64,000 bases of DNA from Pecten maximus (Eukaryota): the NCBI RefSeq assembly GCF_902652985.1, contig NC_047026.1:20398001-20462000 (forward strand), given 5' to 3'. The notes under the pieces were generated by a model. The model ran no database searches. It had not been told where the DNA came from and was given only the letters and a program-made list of their open reading frames with translations. Made by a program: the position numbers and the translations under genes. How positions within the stretch are numbered: the first letter of the stretch is position 1; every line of letters begins with the position of its first letter. Of the stretch, positions 13,201-26,657 are shown piece by piece.

Positions 13201-16200
13201 TGTCATACAGGGGTAAGTCATAGAGAGACACCTGTCATGCAGGGGTAAGTCACAGAGACCTCTGTCATACAGGGGTAAGTCATAGAGAGACACCTGTCAT
13301 GCAGGGGTAAGTCACAGAGACACCTGTCATACAGGGGTAAGTCACAGAGACACCTGTCATACAGGGGTAAGTCACAGTGACACCTGTCCTACAGCATACA
13401 GCGGTAAGTCACAGAGACACATGTCATACAGCATACAGCGGTAAGTCAAAGTGACACCTGTCATACAGCATACAGGGGTAAGTCACAGAGACACCTGTCA
13501 TACAGGGGTAAGTCACAGTGACACCTGTCATACAGGGGTAAGTCACAGAGACACCTGTCATACAGCATACAGGGGTAAGTCACAGTGACACCTGTCACAC
13601 GGCATACGGGGGTAAGTCACAGTGACACCTGTCATACAGGGGTAAGTCACAGAGAGACACCTGTCACACAACATACAGGGGTAAGTCACAGAGACACCTG
13701 TCATACAGCATACAGGGGTAAGTCACAGTGACACCTGTCATACAGGTGTAAGTCACAGAGACACCAGTCATACAGCATACAGGGGTAAGTCAAAGTGACA
13801 CCTGTCATACAGCATAAAGGGGTAAGTCACAGTGACACCTGTCATACAGGGGTAAGTCACAGAGACACCTGTCAGACAGGGGTAAGTCACAGAGACACCT
13901 GTCATACAGCATACAGGGGTAAGTCAAAGTGACACCTGTCATACAGCATACAGCGGTAAGTCACAGTGACACCTGTCATACAGGGGTAAGTCACAGAGAG
14001 ACACCTGTCATACAGCATACAGGGGTAAGTCACAGTGACACCTGTCATACAGGGGTAAGTCACAGAGAGACACCTGTCATACAGCATACAGGGGTAAGTC
14101 ACAGTGACACCTGTCATACAGGGGTAAGTCACAGAGACACCTGCCATACAGGGGTATTAAGTCAGAGACACCTGCCATATGTCACAGAGACATGTCTCAT
14201 AATGCATGCAACTCAAGTTCAGGCCTCTTGGTCAATAGCTCACACTGTATACATACATATTATAAATATGCAGAATTTAGTGATGGGTAAAATTATTTTT
14301 TTAATGCAACATCTATTCAGCCTTTTCATTCTGATGAAACAAACTAGAGAGCTGTGATATAGACAACATCTATATTTGAAGTTGTGATGAAGGTCTGTAA
14401 TTGTTGAAATAAACTATTATTTATGACCTCTACATGTATGTTCATAGGACTTTGTGTTCTATAAGTATATATATATTTGTTGTTATTTTGACTTGTAGGT
14501 ATGGTTCAGAATGACACAGACGAGAAGCGCATGATCAGTGCAATGTGGGCCAAGGACGAAGACATCAGCAGGTTTCTCAGGTAAAGTCAGCTGGTAACCG
14601 TATCAAAGTTAATACGATCTTAGAAGACAAAATGGATGATATTTTGTAATCCTGGTTGTGTTAAATTACTCTGTTAGACTGTAGCGTTATGGTACATAGG
14701 AAGAGTACAACCAATATACATGATTGGGTAATCCTAATTAAATGGTATTTGTGACTTATTTGTGTTGGTATACTCACTTTAATACATGGTACAGGTAGCA
14801 CATACATTTCTATATGTTAAAATTTTCAAAAATGTTGATGTAGAATTTATCCCTTGTAGGTTGTAGATCAATACCGTCCAATAAAAAGTGTTTAACAGTA
14901 AATGGTTCATTGCATGAGTTACACTGCATCTTGTCTTCACATTCCAATTGATATCAAGATGAAATACCTTAATCAGCAGTGAATCAGACAATGTAACCTC
15001 AGGGTGGTTTGTGTTCCTCCTGGAGGCCGAGGTTATGGAGGGGCCTGTGTTTGGGCAGGATTCCAAATTGCTATAGATTAATAGAATCTTACATGGGTCT
15101 GCTTCCTGGACAGGGATATGTCAACCCATGTGTAAGAGTTGGGCTGGTCAACATCAAGCTTGCTGAGTGCTTGCTAAGCCAAACTCTTACCAAGTGTCGT
15201 ACTGACCAGCCAAACTCTTACACTTGGTTAAAATATCCCTGTCCACAGAACAGACCAATGTTGGATTTTTTCTCCCATACTTAAAAATGAACATGTAAAA
15301 TGTTCACGATCGGGTCGAAACAGGGAATTACCTGGTCACAATAATTGTAAAATGTCAGGGAAGTGATAGAGTGACATCACACCAACAATTCATCATTATA
15401 ACATCATACTGTGCGTCAGCATTCTTTTCCCTACCCTGGTAAAGACAGTTTGTCTTTTCCATACCAAAAATGGAGATTCTATTGTGAAGTTTGGGAGAAA
15501 ACATAATGTAACAGGCCTCCCATATAATGTTCAGTGAGAAAGTCACCAGCTACTACATGGGGACTCCTCAAAATTACTTTGGTTGATCAAGGGGAGATAA
15601 ACCCAGCAGACAAACAATAAAATATTCTCTGTTATTTTCCCTCAGATCTTTGCCAAGCTGGCAGGTACTCCAGCCAATGGAGGGCCAGGATCTGAACCAG
15701 GCGATGTGTTCAGAGGAGGAGATGAGGACGCTCAACTCTAAGGAGGTCAACATCCTCATCAGCAACCTATCCTCATCAGACTCCATGATTCCCCAGCAGG
15801 AGATCATCACCGACTCTACACAGATGAGGACCATCGCCAACTATCATCAAAGTCTAGTATGTATACCTGGCTAAATCAGCCCCTGTATAATCTGAATCCT
15901 TGTACTGACTTAGATATTTGGTCAGGTCATTTTCTCTCTTAAATCATAGTACTGTTTTACAATTGTTAAAACCTGTCTTATACATTTTTTTCTAATTTAA
16001 TTTCAATTTATACATGACTTGAAAAAGCAAATAATTATGCAGTTTCGTTGATGACAAGTGGTTGTTCTTGACAATGGGTCAGTTGACCAATAAATATCAT
16101 AACACCTATGTTTATTTTTTCAGGAGTGGTTCACAGGTAGACTGGGACAATTCGCCCAATCACTGTCGTCCAAATCTGACAGGCAGGGTTCACAGAAATC

Positions 16201-19200
16201 ATCAGTAAGTTAAGTCTGGAATCTGTTATAGAAATAGCAATGTTAACAAGTGAAGATGCACGACTATATATAATCAGTTACAGAATGGCAATATATATGA
16301 TGTTTTAGTGTCACTTGTGATGTAACTGTGACATATCAACAAGGTATACACACAGGGGATGACTCCAATAGCAGCATCTGTCTCATCTGTATAGAGGTTT
16401 CCTTTTGTTTAACTCTTGAAAGAATTAATTGATTTTCATGAAATGTTTTATAAATGCAAATTTAATGTACATATACATTTACATACGTACCATAACAATA
16501 CAGAGTTGACAGTCAGTGGCCATTGTGGATCTAAACATAATCCTAAAGTGACTTCCGTATGATAACTACTGTCAAATCTGCCTTAGTGACCCCCTTTTTT
16601 AATTCTCCTGATGCATTTTGCTCTGATTTAACCAACTCCCCTGTCTAACACGACTAATGACCTTGTTTTTATTCCCCCGCCCCCCTACATAGATAGCCAA
16701 AAACTTATATTTAGTGTCTTTGTTTACAATCTGATTAAAATCAGCTGTTACATGGCTACGTTTACTATGCACTACAGGCGTAGTGCATAGTAAACGTAGC
16801 CATGTAACAGCTGATTTTAATCAGATTGCTTTATTTACAGCCAAAGCTGAAAGTTGAATAAAATTTGTCGTAAAACTTTAGTAAATTCTGTGATATGATT
16901 AAAATGAAATCTCGGGTGAGTTTTTAGGTTAACAGTATATAATAAACATGATTAACATACAGAGTACAGTGCTATTCTTTGTTGTCTTTACCTCAGACTA
17001 TAAACCAAAAACATTAACCTGTGTTAAGTGAACACCTGTCTTATATGTGACCTTTTTAACCAGTTCCCTTCGAAAGTCGCATAAGACAGGTTTGACTTGA
17101 TTTGACTCTAGGGAGAATCTTTAATTTTCTTTAAATACTTAGTACTGTATATACCTCTACTATTTGCCTGCTCTATTTGCCTGCTCAATTTGGATTTTGA
17201 ATTGTCCATCTCGGAATTTTACTCATTATGAAAATGGTTATGTTAAACTTTGTATTTTTGAATAACTTGTTTCAGAAATATCCTCCAGTGTCTCACAAAG
17301 CTTTAGAGTAAGTACTGCGATTGTTTGTGTCACCAATTCAAAAGAAGGCAGACATATTGTTTTGAGTGCATTGTATTAGTTCTTGTTCTCCTGTAAACAT
17401 GTATGCATTTTCCACCAACACTATACAGTGTTCTATAGTCAGGTCGCAGCGACCTTGATTTTAAGGTCAATTCAGTGTAATAATTTGAAATTTTCAATCG
17501 TGTCAAGGACATATCTTTTGAACAGTTATAAGATGTCTGAAAGGTTGAAGAGGAAAGCATTTTTTTTTTTTTTGATAGGAATGATTTTCACACAAATAAT
17601 ACTTGATATCATTGTAGGTCACTAAACACATTGGAGAAAGATTTCCAGGATCTAGCTGAAATCTGTCTGCTTCTGTTACACTTAGAGGTCAGAGTTCATT
17701 GCTTCTACTACCTGGAATTGGTCGCTAGAAAGGTAAATATAGTAACAAAATCATGATACCTGTAAAATACCTGGACCTTAGTAACTAAGTCCAATGAAAG
17801 TATCGTGATACAGTTGTATTTAAATGATGGAGATTGATGTTCTGTGACTTCACTGGTAGCCCTGTATCTTGGCAACTAAGTTGTAACTCATCCATAGATA
17901 ATGAATGTTTTCATTATAGAATGTACTATGTATTCAATGATCATTACTTTTTTTTTTTAATTTCAGTCCAACTATGCAGGACCGATAGATGACCTTGACC
18001 CTGACTCCAATGTGTTGAAGTTGAACAAAGATCTGACCGCTATGGAGGAAATGTTGTCACAGAGCCTGCAGCCCAATAAATTTAAGTCAGTAGATATTGT
18101 AATTCTAACCTATATTTATATCCATACTATAGAATAGGTATTTATAGCTAAAGCCTTTAGTGTAGAATATTAGGCTCCTTGGCTTCTTGTCTGGATACCC
18201 AAAGTTTATTGGTTAATTGACAGATAAATCAACTGAGTTTAATAGTAGAGATTGATCATAACAGGCTAAGAGGCCAGGTTTATCAATTCATTACTTTATC
18301 TAGTTGTTTTGCTCTATTTCAGACTTCTTTTAATTGATGATCTTTGCATCTTTGCCTGTTGTAATTGACCTCTACAAGTCTATATCTACATAACATAACA
18401 TTTGGACTAACTTTCATATAGGTGTACATTGTATAAATACATCTCCAATTAATGTCATTTGTTACATAGAGAATTAATGTTATATGTACAAAACATCTTA
18501 AGTTCTATACTTTTACATTCATTTGTTAATAATTTCCTTGACAGGTATATATTTGAAGGGCTTGGGTTCTTGGTGGCTTCAATATTGATGAACAGCATAC
18601 AGTTTTTACCCAAGATCAATGAGAACGGCATAAAAAAGATGTAAGTGAATAAAAATGTATAGAAAATAAAGTGTAACCTTCATAATCAGAACTAATAGAT
18701 AAGAGAAAAGTCGCCTGTCGGTCTTCATGGGTTCTTATCAATCTGTAAAAGATTAATATAATCTATGTAGTATTTCTGATTCAAATATCCTTGATTGAAG
18801 ATCTGATATATTAGTTATGAAAGACATCAAATTAATTTCGATACCTTTTCTGCTGTAAGTTTAATCCCAGGGGGCAAACACATAATCTCCCGACCCACAG
18901 TGCGGGGTGATCTTATCGCAGGGCAGTGAAAAGGCACCTGTTGACATTTCTAATGAACTACATGTACTTTATATTGGGCCGTGCTTATTACTAGGGAATG
19001 GGTTTATTACCAGATATATACAGTAATGTGGTTATACCAGTAAATTATTTATCTAAACCATGAAGATGATTTATAGGTGATAACCATTCAACAAGCTTAT
19101 ATTTCTTGAATCTTCTTTGCATGAATGAAAGTGTTAGATTCTCAAGATACTGAAATATAGCTGCTTTTAAGGACTATTCCAGAATTTATATCTGTGTGTG

Positions 19201-20290
19201 TGTGGGTGGATGGGGGGCACTTGTATCAAAATTTGATGGGTGGTGGGGTTATTTATTTCTACTGAATATATTTCAATATTTGATGCCTCCCACCACTTTG
19301 ACATTGATAATTTTGGAGCAGCCCTAAAAAAATGATATTGACATAAATAGGGAAAAATATTTCCGAAATACAGAATTCAGAATTACATTTATAATACAAT
19401 AATTAAAAACTTCCATTCATAATTTTAATGTGTGCTATGCTTTTTTCTCTGTAACAGGTGTAGAAATTTGTTTGCGATCCAACAAAATTTGACCAACATT
19501 TCCATGTCCCGAGAAACTGACCTGGACATGGCTCGCCAATACTATGAACTCCTCTACCTTAACCCAGACGTAAGTTTTAAATCGTTCTTTTTGCTTGTAA
19601 TAAAACGCAATTATCTCCTCTTGGGTCATTAATGTACAAGTTTACTAATTTCATTTTTTTGATATTTTGCACATTTAACTCTTACTTCTTTTTTATAAAA
19701 GTTTTAAATCAAATTCATTGATTTAAAATTAAATATATATTTTTACACTGCTCCTTGATTAGGAAATTAGGTAATTAGGAAAGTATATTTAATGTAAAAA
19801 AAACTTTTTGTTATTCATAAATTTTAGGGTGATATGTATTAGATTTTTAAACAGAATGTTTTGATGTAAAAATTAAGTGTATTCTATGCATAAAAAATGA
19901 ATACGAATACCAAAGAAATTGCTTTACATAGTGAAATAATGAATTTGTAAACAATGTACAAAGAACAAAGCAGTGATATCTCTTGATTTTAATCAACAAC
20001 TTAAATCTTAAGTTTGAAGAGATATTTTCTCATGAAGACCTTTACAACATAGTTCTAAATTATCAAAGTTTTGAAGACTGATTTGTATCCAATTCTCACA
20101 TGACCCATCTTTACCGTAGGACATCCTAACGGCCATAGCTGAGAAGGGAGCCCAATTTACTTATACCGAGTACTGTCAACTTATCCAGCTGTACCACCGG
20201 AGCCACCCAGGAGGAGACCCCAACCAGCTGGACAAACGCATGCAAAGGCTGCGCGAGATTATAGAGAAAGGACAGAATGGAGTGGCCTGA
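4259..20290 (+). CDS. EXOC4: Exocyst complex component 4 (Sec8), 3' portion, 16 exons, 5' end outside the window
   Basis: Exons read by hand with AG/GT boundaries and matching phases: 4259-4330, 4764-4901, 5234-5314, 5918-6005, 6667-6831, 11129-11202, 11676-11814, 14499-14580, 15646-15856, 16124-16204, 17276-17307, 17618-17732, 17967-18085, 18545-18640, 19458-19569, 20120-20290 (TGA); total 1776 nt. Translation carries recognisable EXOC4 motifs: [124 protein letters not shown]. Confidence 0.96.
7548..7565 (+). CDS. EXOC4: Candidate 18-nt alternative microexon of EXOC4 (VDEEEQ)
   Basis: ttctgctgctgcag|TGGACGAGGAAGAACAGT|gtaagtcagcatg. Phase 1-1, matching the host intron 6832-11128; no stop codon. 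Confidence 0.55.
11784..14190 (+). repeat. 30/37-bp minisatellite derived from an EXOC4 exon end plus 5' splice site, ~70 copies
   Basis: Unit GTAAGTCACAG(T/A)GACACCTGTCATACA[GCATACA]GGG; the first copy is the coding sequence TACAGAGACACTTGTCACACAGCATACAGGG|GTAAGT. Confidence 0.97.
15078..15275. repeat. Imperfect long palindrome, probable DNA-transposon-derived dispersed repeat
   Basis: GGACAGGGATATGTCAACCCATGTGTAAGAGTTGGGCTGGTCA ... TGACCAGCCAAACTCTTACACTTGGTTAAAATATCCCTGTCC. Confidence 0.6.
16727..16828. mobile_element. Perfect foldback (49-bp arms, 4-nt loop), MULE-like MITE
   Basis: CAATCTGATTAAAATCAGCTG...GCACTAC-AGGC-GTAGTGC...CAGATTG; flanked by CTTTGTTTA / CTTTATTTA (9-bp TSD, one mismatch). 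Confidence 0.75.
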
Positions 20291-22355
20291 AAACGGCCAT
20301 CTTGAGTGAAACATTGTTTATAATGTTTTTAAAATAATAGCAAGATTATCTGCCCGCACCATTAGAACGTAAAATTACAAATTATTGTGTGAAGGTGTAA
20401 AACCATGGTGGCAGTTTCTCATTATTAGTCCGTGCCAGGTATCTCTGTCTTTGATAAGGGGTCAAATAACTAGGAGACTTACTCCCAGTTTGGACCAAAC
20501 AGCTAGTCAAGATACACCTGTCTTCTGTAAAATCTGTTTCCAAGAATGTAGATGAAGGACAAAGGTGGTTTTCGAAGGCAAAAATAAGAGAAAGTGAAAG
20601 TCTTTGTTGTCAAGAAAATACAAATAATTGTGGCATCTATAGACCGAGTGTGTTGATGTAAAAATTCCAGGAAGTACACATCGAATTAGACTTATTGGGA
20701 CACTTCTGTCATACATAACTAGTGGAAATAACAAAAAGATCAAATGAAATTCTTCTCTCTCTATTACCACATCCGAATTTGTATGAACTTTACCACTTTT
20801 ATTGCCAGAATATTTAAATATAATTCCTGTCATATTCTGTGTGAATCAATTCCTAGGATTTCTGAAAATCGATGAAAACTCACTGCATGTTTAAAGCCAG
20901 CATTAAGCAATTTGAGTATATTGATATCACCAAAAACACATTTTTCAAAGATATTTATGTTTGTGGTAGATAACACTTTAAATCCATTCCAATTTTTATT
21001 CTAGAAATTAGTTGTGACCTTCAAAACTAAGGTTTCAAAGTTTTGAGATTGCTCTCATAGAAAACTGCGTTTGATGTATAAGGATTTGTTGCTATCGCTT
21101 CCACAAAGCCTTTGAACAAACAGAAATCACTATGTAATTTGTAGGTGGAATATATGTACCTACTTTTAGTAAAAGATTAAAATGTAATGTAGAAGATTTC
21201 GCCACAGATCCTTAACTGATACTAATAATAGGCCTATCAATTGTCTTGCCATCCCTGTATGTCAAACGTACCATCAATCAATTATGATAAATTGATATAG
21301 GAAACACATTTTCACAATTTCTCATCTAAGGGAAGTAACTCTGCTACTACTGATGGTTGTGAAGCAAAAACTGATGGACCAACACGAGATGTGATGCCAG
21401 ACGATAAAACAGTGTTCCTGTTAACTGCTGTTTAGATTTGTATGTGCCCTTCAAATTTTGACATGCATATGATGGTATACCTTCTGCATATGTCTGTCTA
21501 TCTATCATTGATTGGTTAAATTTTCATGCATATGATGGTATACCTTCTGCATCTGTCTGTCTGTCTATCATTGATTGGTTAAATTTTCATGGTAAGTTTC
21601 TTTGGTGCTCTACAGTTAAACCAGATGATATATTATTGTCCCAAGTTTTGGCATGAATGTTATTGTGGGGTAAAACACTGATCATGTGGATTTAATTTGT
21701 AAAAATATTTTACATTTTTTTTTTACATGTTTGGGACTTCATTTTATTGAGATAATTTTTTCAGTGAAAGATTTGAATTGGGTCAGACAGTCATTTTATT
21801 CATCCATTTACAGTGCGTTTGTTTTTTCATGTATTTGTGTTTTAAAGCAGGTATTGTTAACTTTAAAACTTAAGTCATTGATGGCTTTGCATGTAGTGCT
21901 TATCATGAACGAAATTGAAAATACAGAATAAACTTTCCAGATACAGTATTAATGTTAACAGATATAACGTGCATCTTCTTTAAATGCCACTGTTTATGCT
22001 TCTTCAGCATTTTGTAAGAAAACTTACATAAATGTACTGTTAAGTCAAAATTTATCTGCATTGTTTAATGATGTTATGTATTTTGTATCCTGGGCCTGGG
22101 TTCATGAATATTTTGTAACATTAGGAAATTCCTGTTGTTTTAGCATTGTACCGTAACTGTCATTGTGAAAGAATTTTCTTGAACTCCAGTGCTATCAAAG
22201 GGAAAAACTAAATGTTAAGGAATATTCATTAAACTAAGGCCTGATGCTTTAAGTGCAATATTTGATATCGAGACATACCGTATGACTGAGTTGGTATGTT
22301 TTTTGTGATATGCGAGATTTTATTATTTATATGAACATGTTTTTGTCTGAATAAA
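20291..22355 (+). other. EXOC4: EXOC4 3' UTR with candidate polyA signals
   Basis: Follows the stop at 20288-20290; AATAAA at 21927-21932 and 22350-22355. Confidence 0.5.
21463..21590 (+). repeat. ~63-bp tandem duplication in the EXOC4 3' UTR
   Basis: CATGCATATGATGGTATACCTTCTGCAT..TCTATCATTGATTGGTTAAATTTT occurs twice. Confidence 0.85.
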
Positions 22356-22639
22356 TTAATGTGTGAAAGTGACACCAAAGTTGCATGCAGGCCATTGTTA
22401 TTTGCTCAAGTCTTTCCTCATAGTTTTGGCATTATTTAACATCCAATCAACTGCTATGGAATTACCTTTCCAGTGAAACAGCTGTATGTCTGGTGGGAGT
22501 GTACGTTTTGGGAGGCTGCAATATGTTTTTGTTTGCCAGCTTGTAGTATCACGGAACTGATGTTGACTGATGCTGGCCACACCAGATATCTGTCTGTTAA
22601 AATGTCTAAATATCTCTTGTATGGGTCAAGAAAAATTCC

Positions 22640-22925
22640 GAGAAAATATAAGAGTCTATACGAGTGGTATAGTTGCTTTTCCTGCCTAACGCTCAACATT
22701 TTAGGAGTGGGGTTCGCCCATTGTCAGTACAATGTGACCAGGTTGGGCGTTATGTTAGGCAGTATGCTTCACGGAGACAGCGTTATTAAGCCAACACCAG
22801 TTCTGTACTATCAAAACGAGACAAACACGAATATACCGCAGCCTTCCAAAATGACCACTGCTCACATGCATGTGTCTCATACACAGGGCTGGCTATCCTT
22901 AAATGTCCTTAGCTGTTGAAAGCAA
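22640..22925 (+). mobile_element. 5'-truncated SINE, Meta-domain-like
   Basis: TGCCTAACGCTCAACATT..GGTTCGCCCATTGTCAGTACAATGTGACCAGGTTGGG resembles the MetaSINE central domain as I recall it; tail CCTTAAATGTCCTTAGCTGTTG. No database search done. Confidence 0.5.
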
Positions 22926-23099
22926 TACAAAACCACACTACCCCATTAGAGGACACCTTTGAAATGTCACATCCCCGAGTTAATCTCAGCTGCAGATAAT
23001 CCTGGAAGAAATTCCTTCAGTTGATATCATTTCATCGATCAAGAGGATATATTCGCTCAGATACACATCCATCAGATGTCATAGAGGGCATTTTGCTTC

Positions 23100-26000
23100 C
23101 ATAGACACATCCTCATTGTCTATTGATAGACTCCATATGTGTTACCTTGTACTTAATCTAACTCACCATTAGAGGACACAACCCTCAGTCATCTATTGAT
23201 AGACTCCATAACACAGGGAATGTGTTACCTCGTACTTAATCTAACACTCACCATTAGAGGACACATCCCTCAGTCATCTATTGATAGACTCCCTAACACG
23301 GGGAATGTGTTACCTCGTACTTAATCTAACTCCCCATCAGAGGACACATCCCTCAGTCATCTATTGATAGACTCCCTAACACGGGGAATGTGTTACCTCG
23401 TACTTAATCTAACACTCCCCATCAGAGGACTCATCCCTCAGTCGTCTATTGATAGACTCCATATGTGTTACCTTGTACTTAATCTAACTCTCCATCAGAG
23501 GACACATCCCTCAGTCATCTATTGATAGACTCCATAACACAGGGAATGCGTTACCTCGTACTTTATCTAACTCCCCATCAGAGGACACAACCCTCAGTCG
23601 TCTATTGATAGACCCCATAACACAGGGAATGCGTTACCTCGTACTTTATCTAACTCCCCATCAGAGGACACATCTTTCAGACGTCTATTGATAGACTCCA
23701 TAACACAGGGAATGTGTTACCTCGTACTTAATCTAACTCCCCATCAGAGGACACATCTCTCAGACGTCTATTGATAGACTCCATAACACAGGGAATGTGT
23801 TACCTCGTACTTAATCTAACACTCCCCATCAGAGGACACATCCCTCAGTCGTCTATTGATAGACCCCATAACACAGGGAATGTGTTACCTTGTACTTAAT
23901 CTAACTCCCCATCAGAGGACACATCCCTCAGTCGTCTATTGATAGACTCTATAACACAGGAAATGTGTTACCTCGTACTTAATCTAACTCACCATAAGAG
24001 GACACAACCCTCAGTCATCTATTGATAGACTCCATAACACAGGGAATGTGTTACCTCGTACTTAATCTAACTCACCATCAGAGGACACAACCCTCAGTCA
24101 TCTATTGATAGACTCCATAACACAGGGAATGTGTTACCTCGTACTTAATCTAACACTCACCATTAGAGGACACATCCCTCAGTCATCTATTGATAGACTC
24201 CCTAACACGGGGAATGTGTTACCTCGTACTTAATCTAACTCCCCATCAGAGGACACATCCCTCAGTCATCTATTGATAGACTCCCTAACACGGGGAATGT
24301 GTTACCTCGTACTTAATCTAACACTCCCCATCAGAGGACTCATCCCTCAGTCGTCTATTGATAGACTCCATATGTGTTACCTTGTACTTAATCTAACTCT
24401 CCATCAGAGGACACATCCCTCAGTCATCTATTGATAGACTCCATAACACAGGGAATGCGTTACCTCGTACTTTATCTAACTCCCCATCAGAGGACACAAC
24501 CCTCAGTCGTCTATTGATAGACCCCATAACACAGGGAATGCGTTACCTCGTACTTTATCTAACTCCCCATCAGAGGACACATCTTTCAGACGTCTATTGA
24601 TAGACTCCATAACACAGGGAATGTGTTACCTCGTACTTAATCTAACTCACCATTAGAGGACACAACCCTCAGTCGTCTATTGATAGACTCCATAACACAC
24701 GGAATGTGTTACCTCATACTTAATCTAACTCACCATTAGAGGACACAACCCTCAGGTGTCTATTGATAGACTCCATAACACGGAATGTGTTACCTCGTAC
24801 TTAATCTAACTCACCATCAGAGGACACAACCCTCAGTTGTCTATTGATAGACCCTATAACACAGGGAATGCGTTACCTCGTACCTAATCTAACTCACCAT
24901 CACAGGACACAACCCTCAGTCGTCTATTGATAGACTCCATAACACACGGAATGTGTTACCTCGTACTTAATCTAACACTCACCATTAGAGGACACATCTC
25001 TCAGTCGTCTATTGATAGACCCCATAACACAGGGAATGTGTTACCTTGTACTTAATCTAACTCCCCATCAGAGGACACATCCCTCAGTCATCTATTGATA
25101 GACTCCATAACACAGGGAATGCGTTACCTCGTACTTAATCTAACACTCACCATTAGAGGACACAACCGTCAGTCGTCTATTGATAGACTCCATAACACAG
25201 GGAATGTGTTACCTCGTACTTAATCTAACACTCACCATTAGAGGACACAACCGTCAGTCGTCTATTGATAGACTCCATAACACAGGGAATGTGTTACCTT
25301 GTACTTAATCTAACTCCCCATCAGAGGACACATCTCTCAGTCGTCTATTGATAGACCCCATAACACAGGGAATGTGTTACCTTGTACTTAATCTAACTCC
25401 CCATCAGAGGACACATCCCTCAGTTGTCTATTGATAGACTCCATAACACAGGGAATGTGTTACCTCGTCCTTAATCTAACTCCCCATCAGAGGACACATC
25501 CCTCAGTTGTCTATTGATAGACTCCCTAACACAGGGAATGTGTTACCTCGTACTTAATCTAACTCACCATTAGAGGACACAACCCTCAGTCGTCTATTGA
25601 TAGACTCCATAACACAGGGAATGTGTTACCTCGTACTTAATCTAACTCACCATCAGAGGACACATCCCTCAGTCATCTATTGATAGACTCCATAACACAG
25701 GGAATGCGTTACCTCGTACTTAATCTAACACTCACCATTAGAGGACACAACCGTCAGTCGTCTATTGATAGACTCCATAATACAGGGAATGTGTTACCTC
25801 GTACTTAATCTAACTCACCATCAGAGGACACATCCCTCAGTCATCTATTGATAGACTCCATAACACAGGGAATGCGTTACCTCGTACTTAATCTAACACT
25901 CACCATTAGAGGACACAACCGTCAGTCGTCTATTGATAGACTCCATAACACAGGGAATGTGTTACCTCGTACTTAATCTAACTCACCATTAGAGGACACA

Positions 26001-26200
26001 ACCCTCAGGTGTCTATTGATAGACTCCATAACACAGGGAATGTGTTACCTCGTACTTAATCTAACACTCACCATTAGAGGACACATCTCTCAGTCGTCTA
26101 TTGATAGACCCCATAACACAGGGAATGTGTTACCTCGTACTTAATCTAACTCACCATTAGAGGACACAACCCTCAGTTGTCTATTGATAGACTCCATAAC
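23100..26200 (+). repeat. 83-85-bp intergenic satellite, ~37 copies
   Basis: Unit CCATCAGAGGACACATCCCTCAGTCATCTATTGATAGACTCCATAACACAGGGAATGTGTTACCTCGTACTTAATCTAACTCC, lying between the 3' ends of the two genes. Confidence 0.97.
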
Positions 26201-26524
26201 TCACTATCTTTTTCGACTGTACTGGGAGTTATTTTCCCTTGGCAATACCGGTAACTAATACTGATGGCAATGCTGTTGATACATGATAATACATTCCATT
26301 TGTTACCATGTCAATTATTTTCAGGATGGTTCTAAATGGTTCTTTCTTAAAATTGATGTGGAAAACTTGATAATTGAAATGTTTAGATAACAATGATAAT
26401 AATGACGACATAACTAATGAAGGTCTAAACCATTCAATTTTGTTGACGAGTCAGGTGAAGATCATGAAAGCCTAAATCAGAGTTCATACAGGAATTTTAA
26501 TACAATATTTTCTTCTATTTCACT

Positions 26525-26657
26525 TGTTATAAGGGCCTTTCAAGGTCATGACAACCCTTGTTTTTAGGGCTTTTCAAGGTCATGACAACCCTTGTTATTA
26601 GGGCCTTTCAAGATCATAACAATTCATCTTATGTGGCCCTTCAAGGTCATGACAATG
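26525..26657 (+). repeat. ~35-bp tandem repeat, ~4 copies
   Basis: AGGGCCTTTTCAAGGTCATGACAACCCTTGTT repeated. Confidence 0.85.

Noticed and set aside
11815-14357. ORFs such as [10 protein letters not shown]... and MTPVIQHT...
   Set aside because: Translations of the minisatellite inside an EXOC4 intron; frequent stops and frame changes.
22473-22919. 148-aa ORF
   Set aside because: Overlaps a SINE-like repeat; no recognisable domain.
23100-26200. CRISPR-like array
   Set aside because: Units are contiguous near-identical repeats without unique spacers; eukaryotic context and no cas genes. The same applies to the other arrays.
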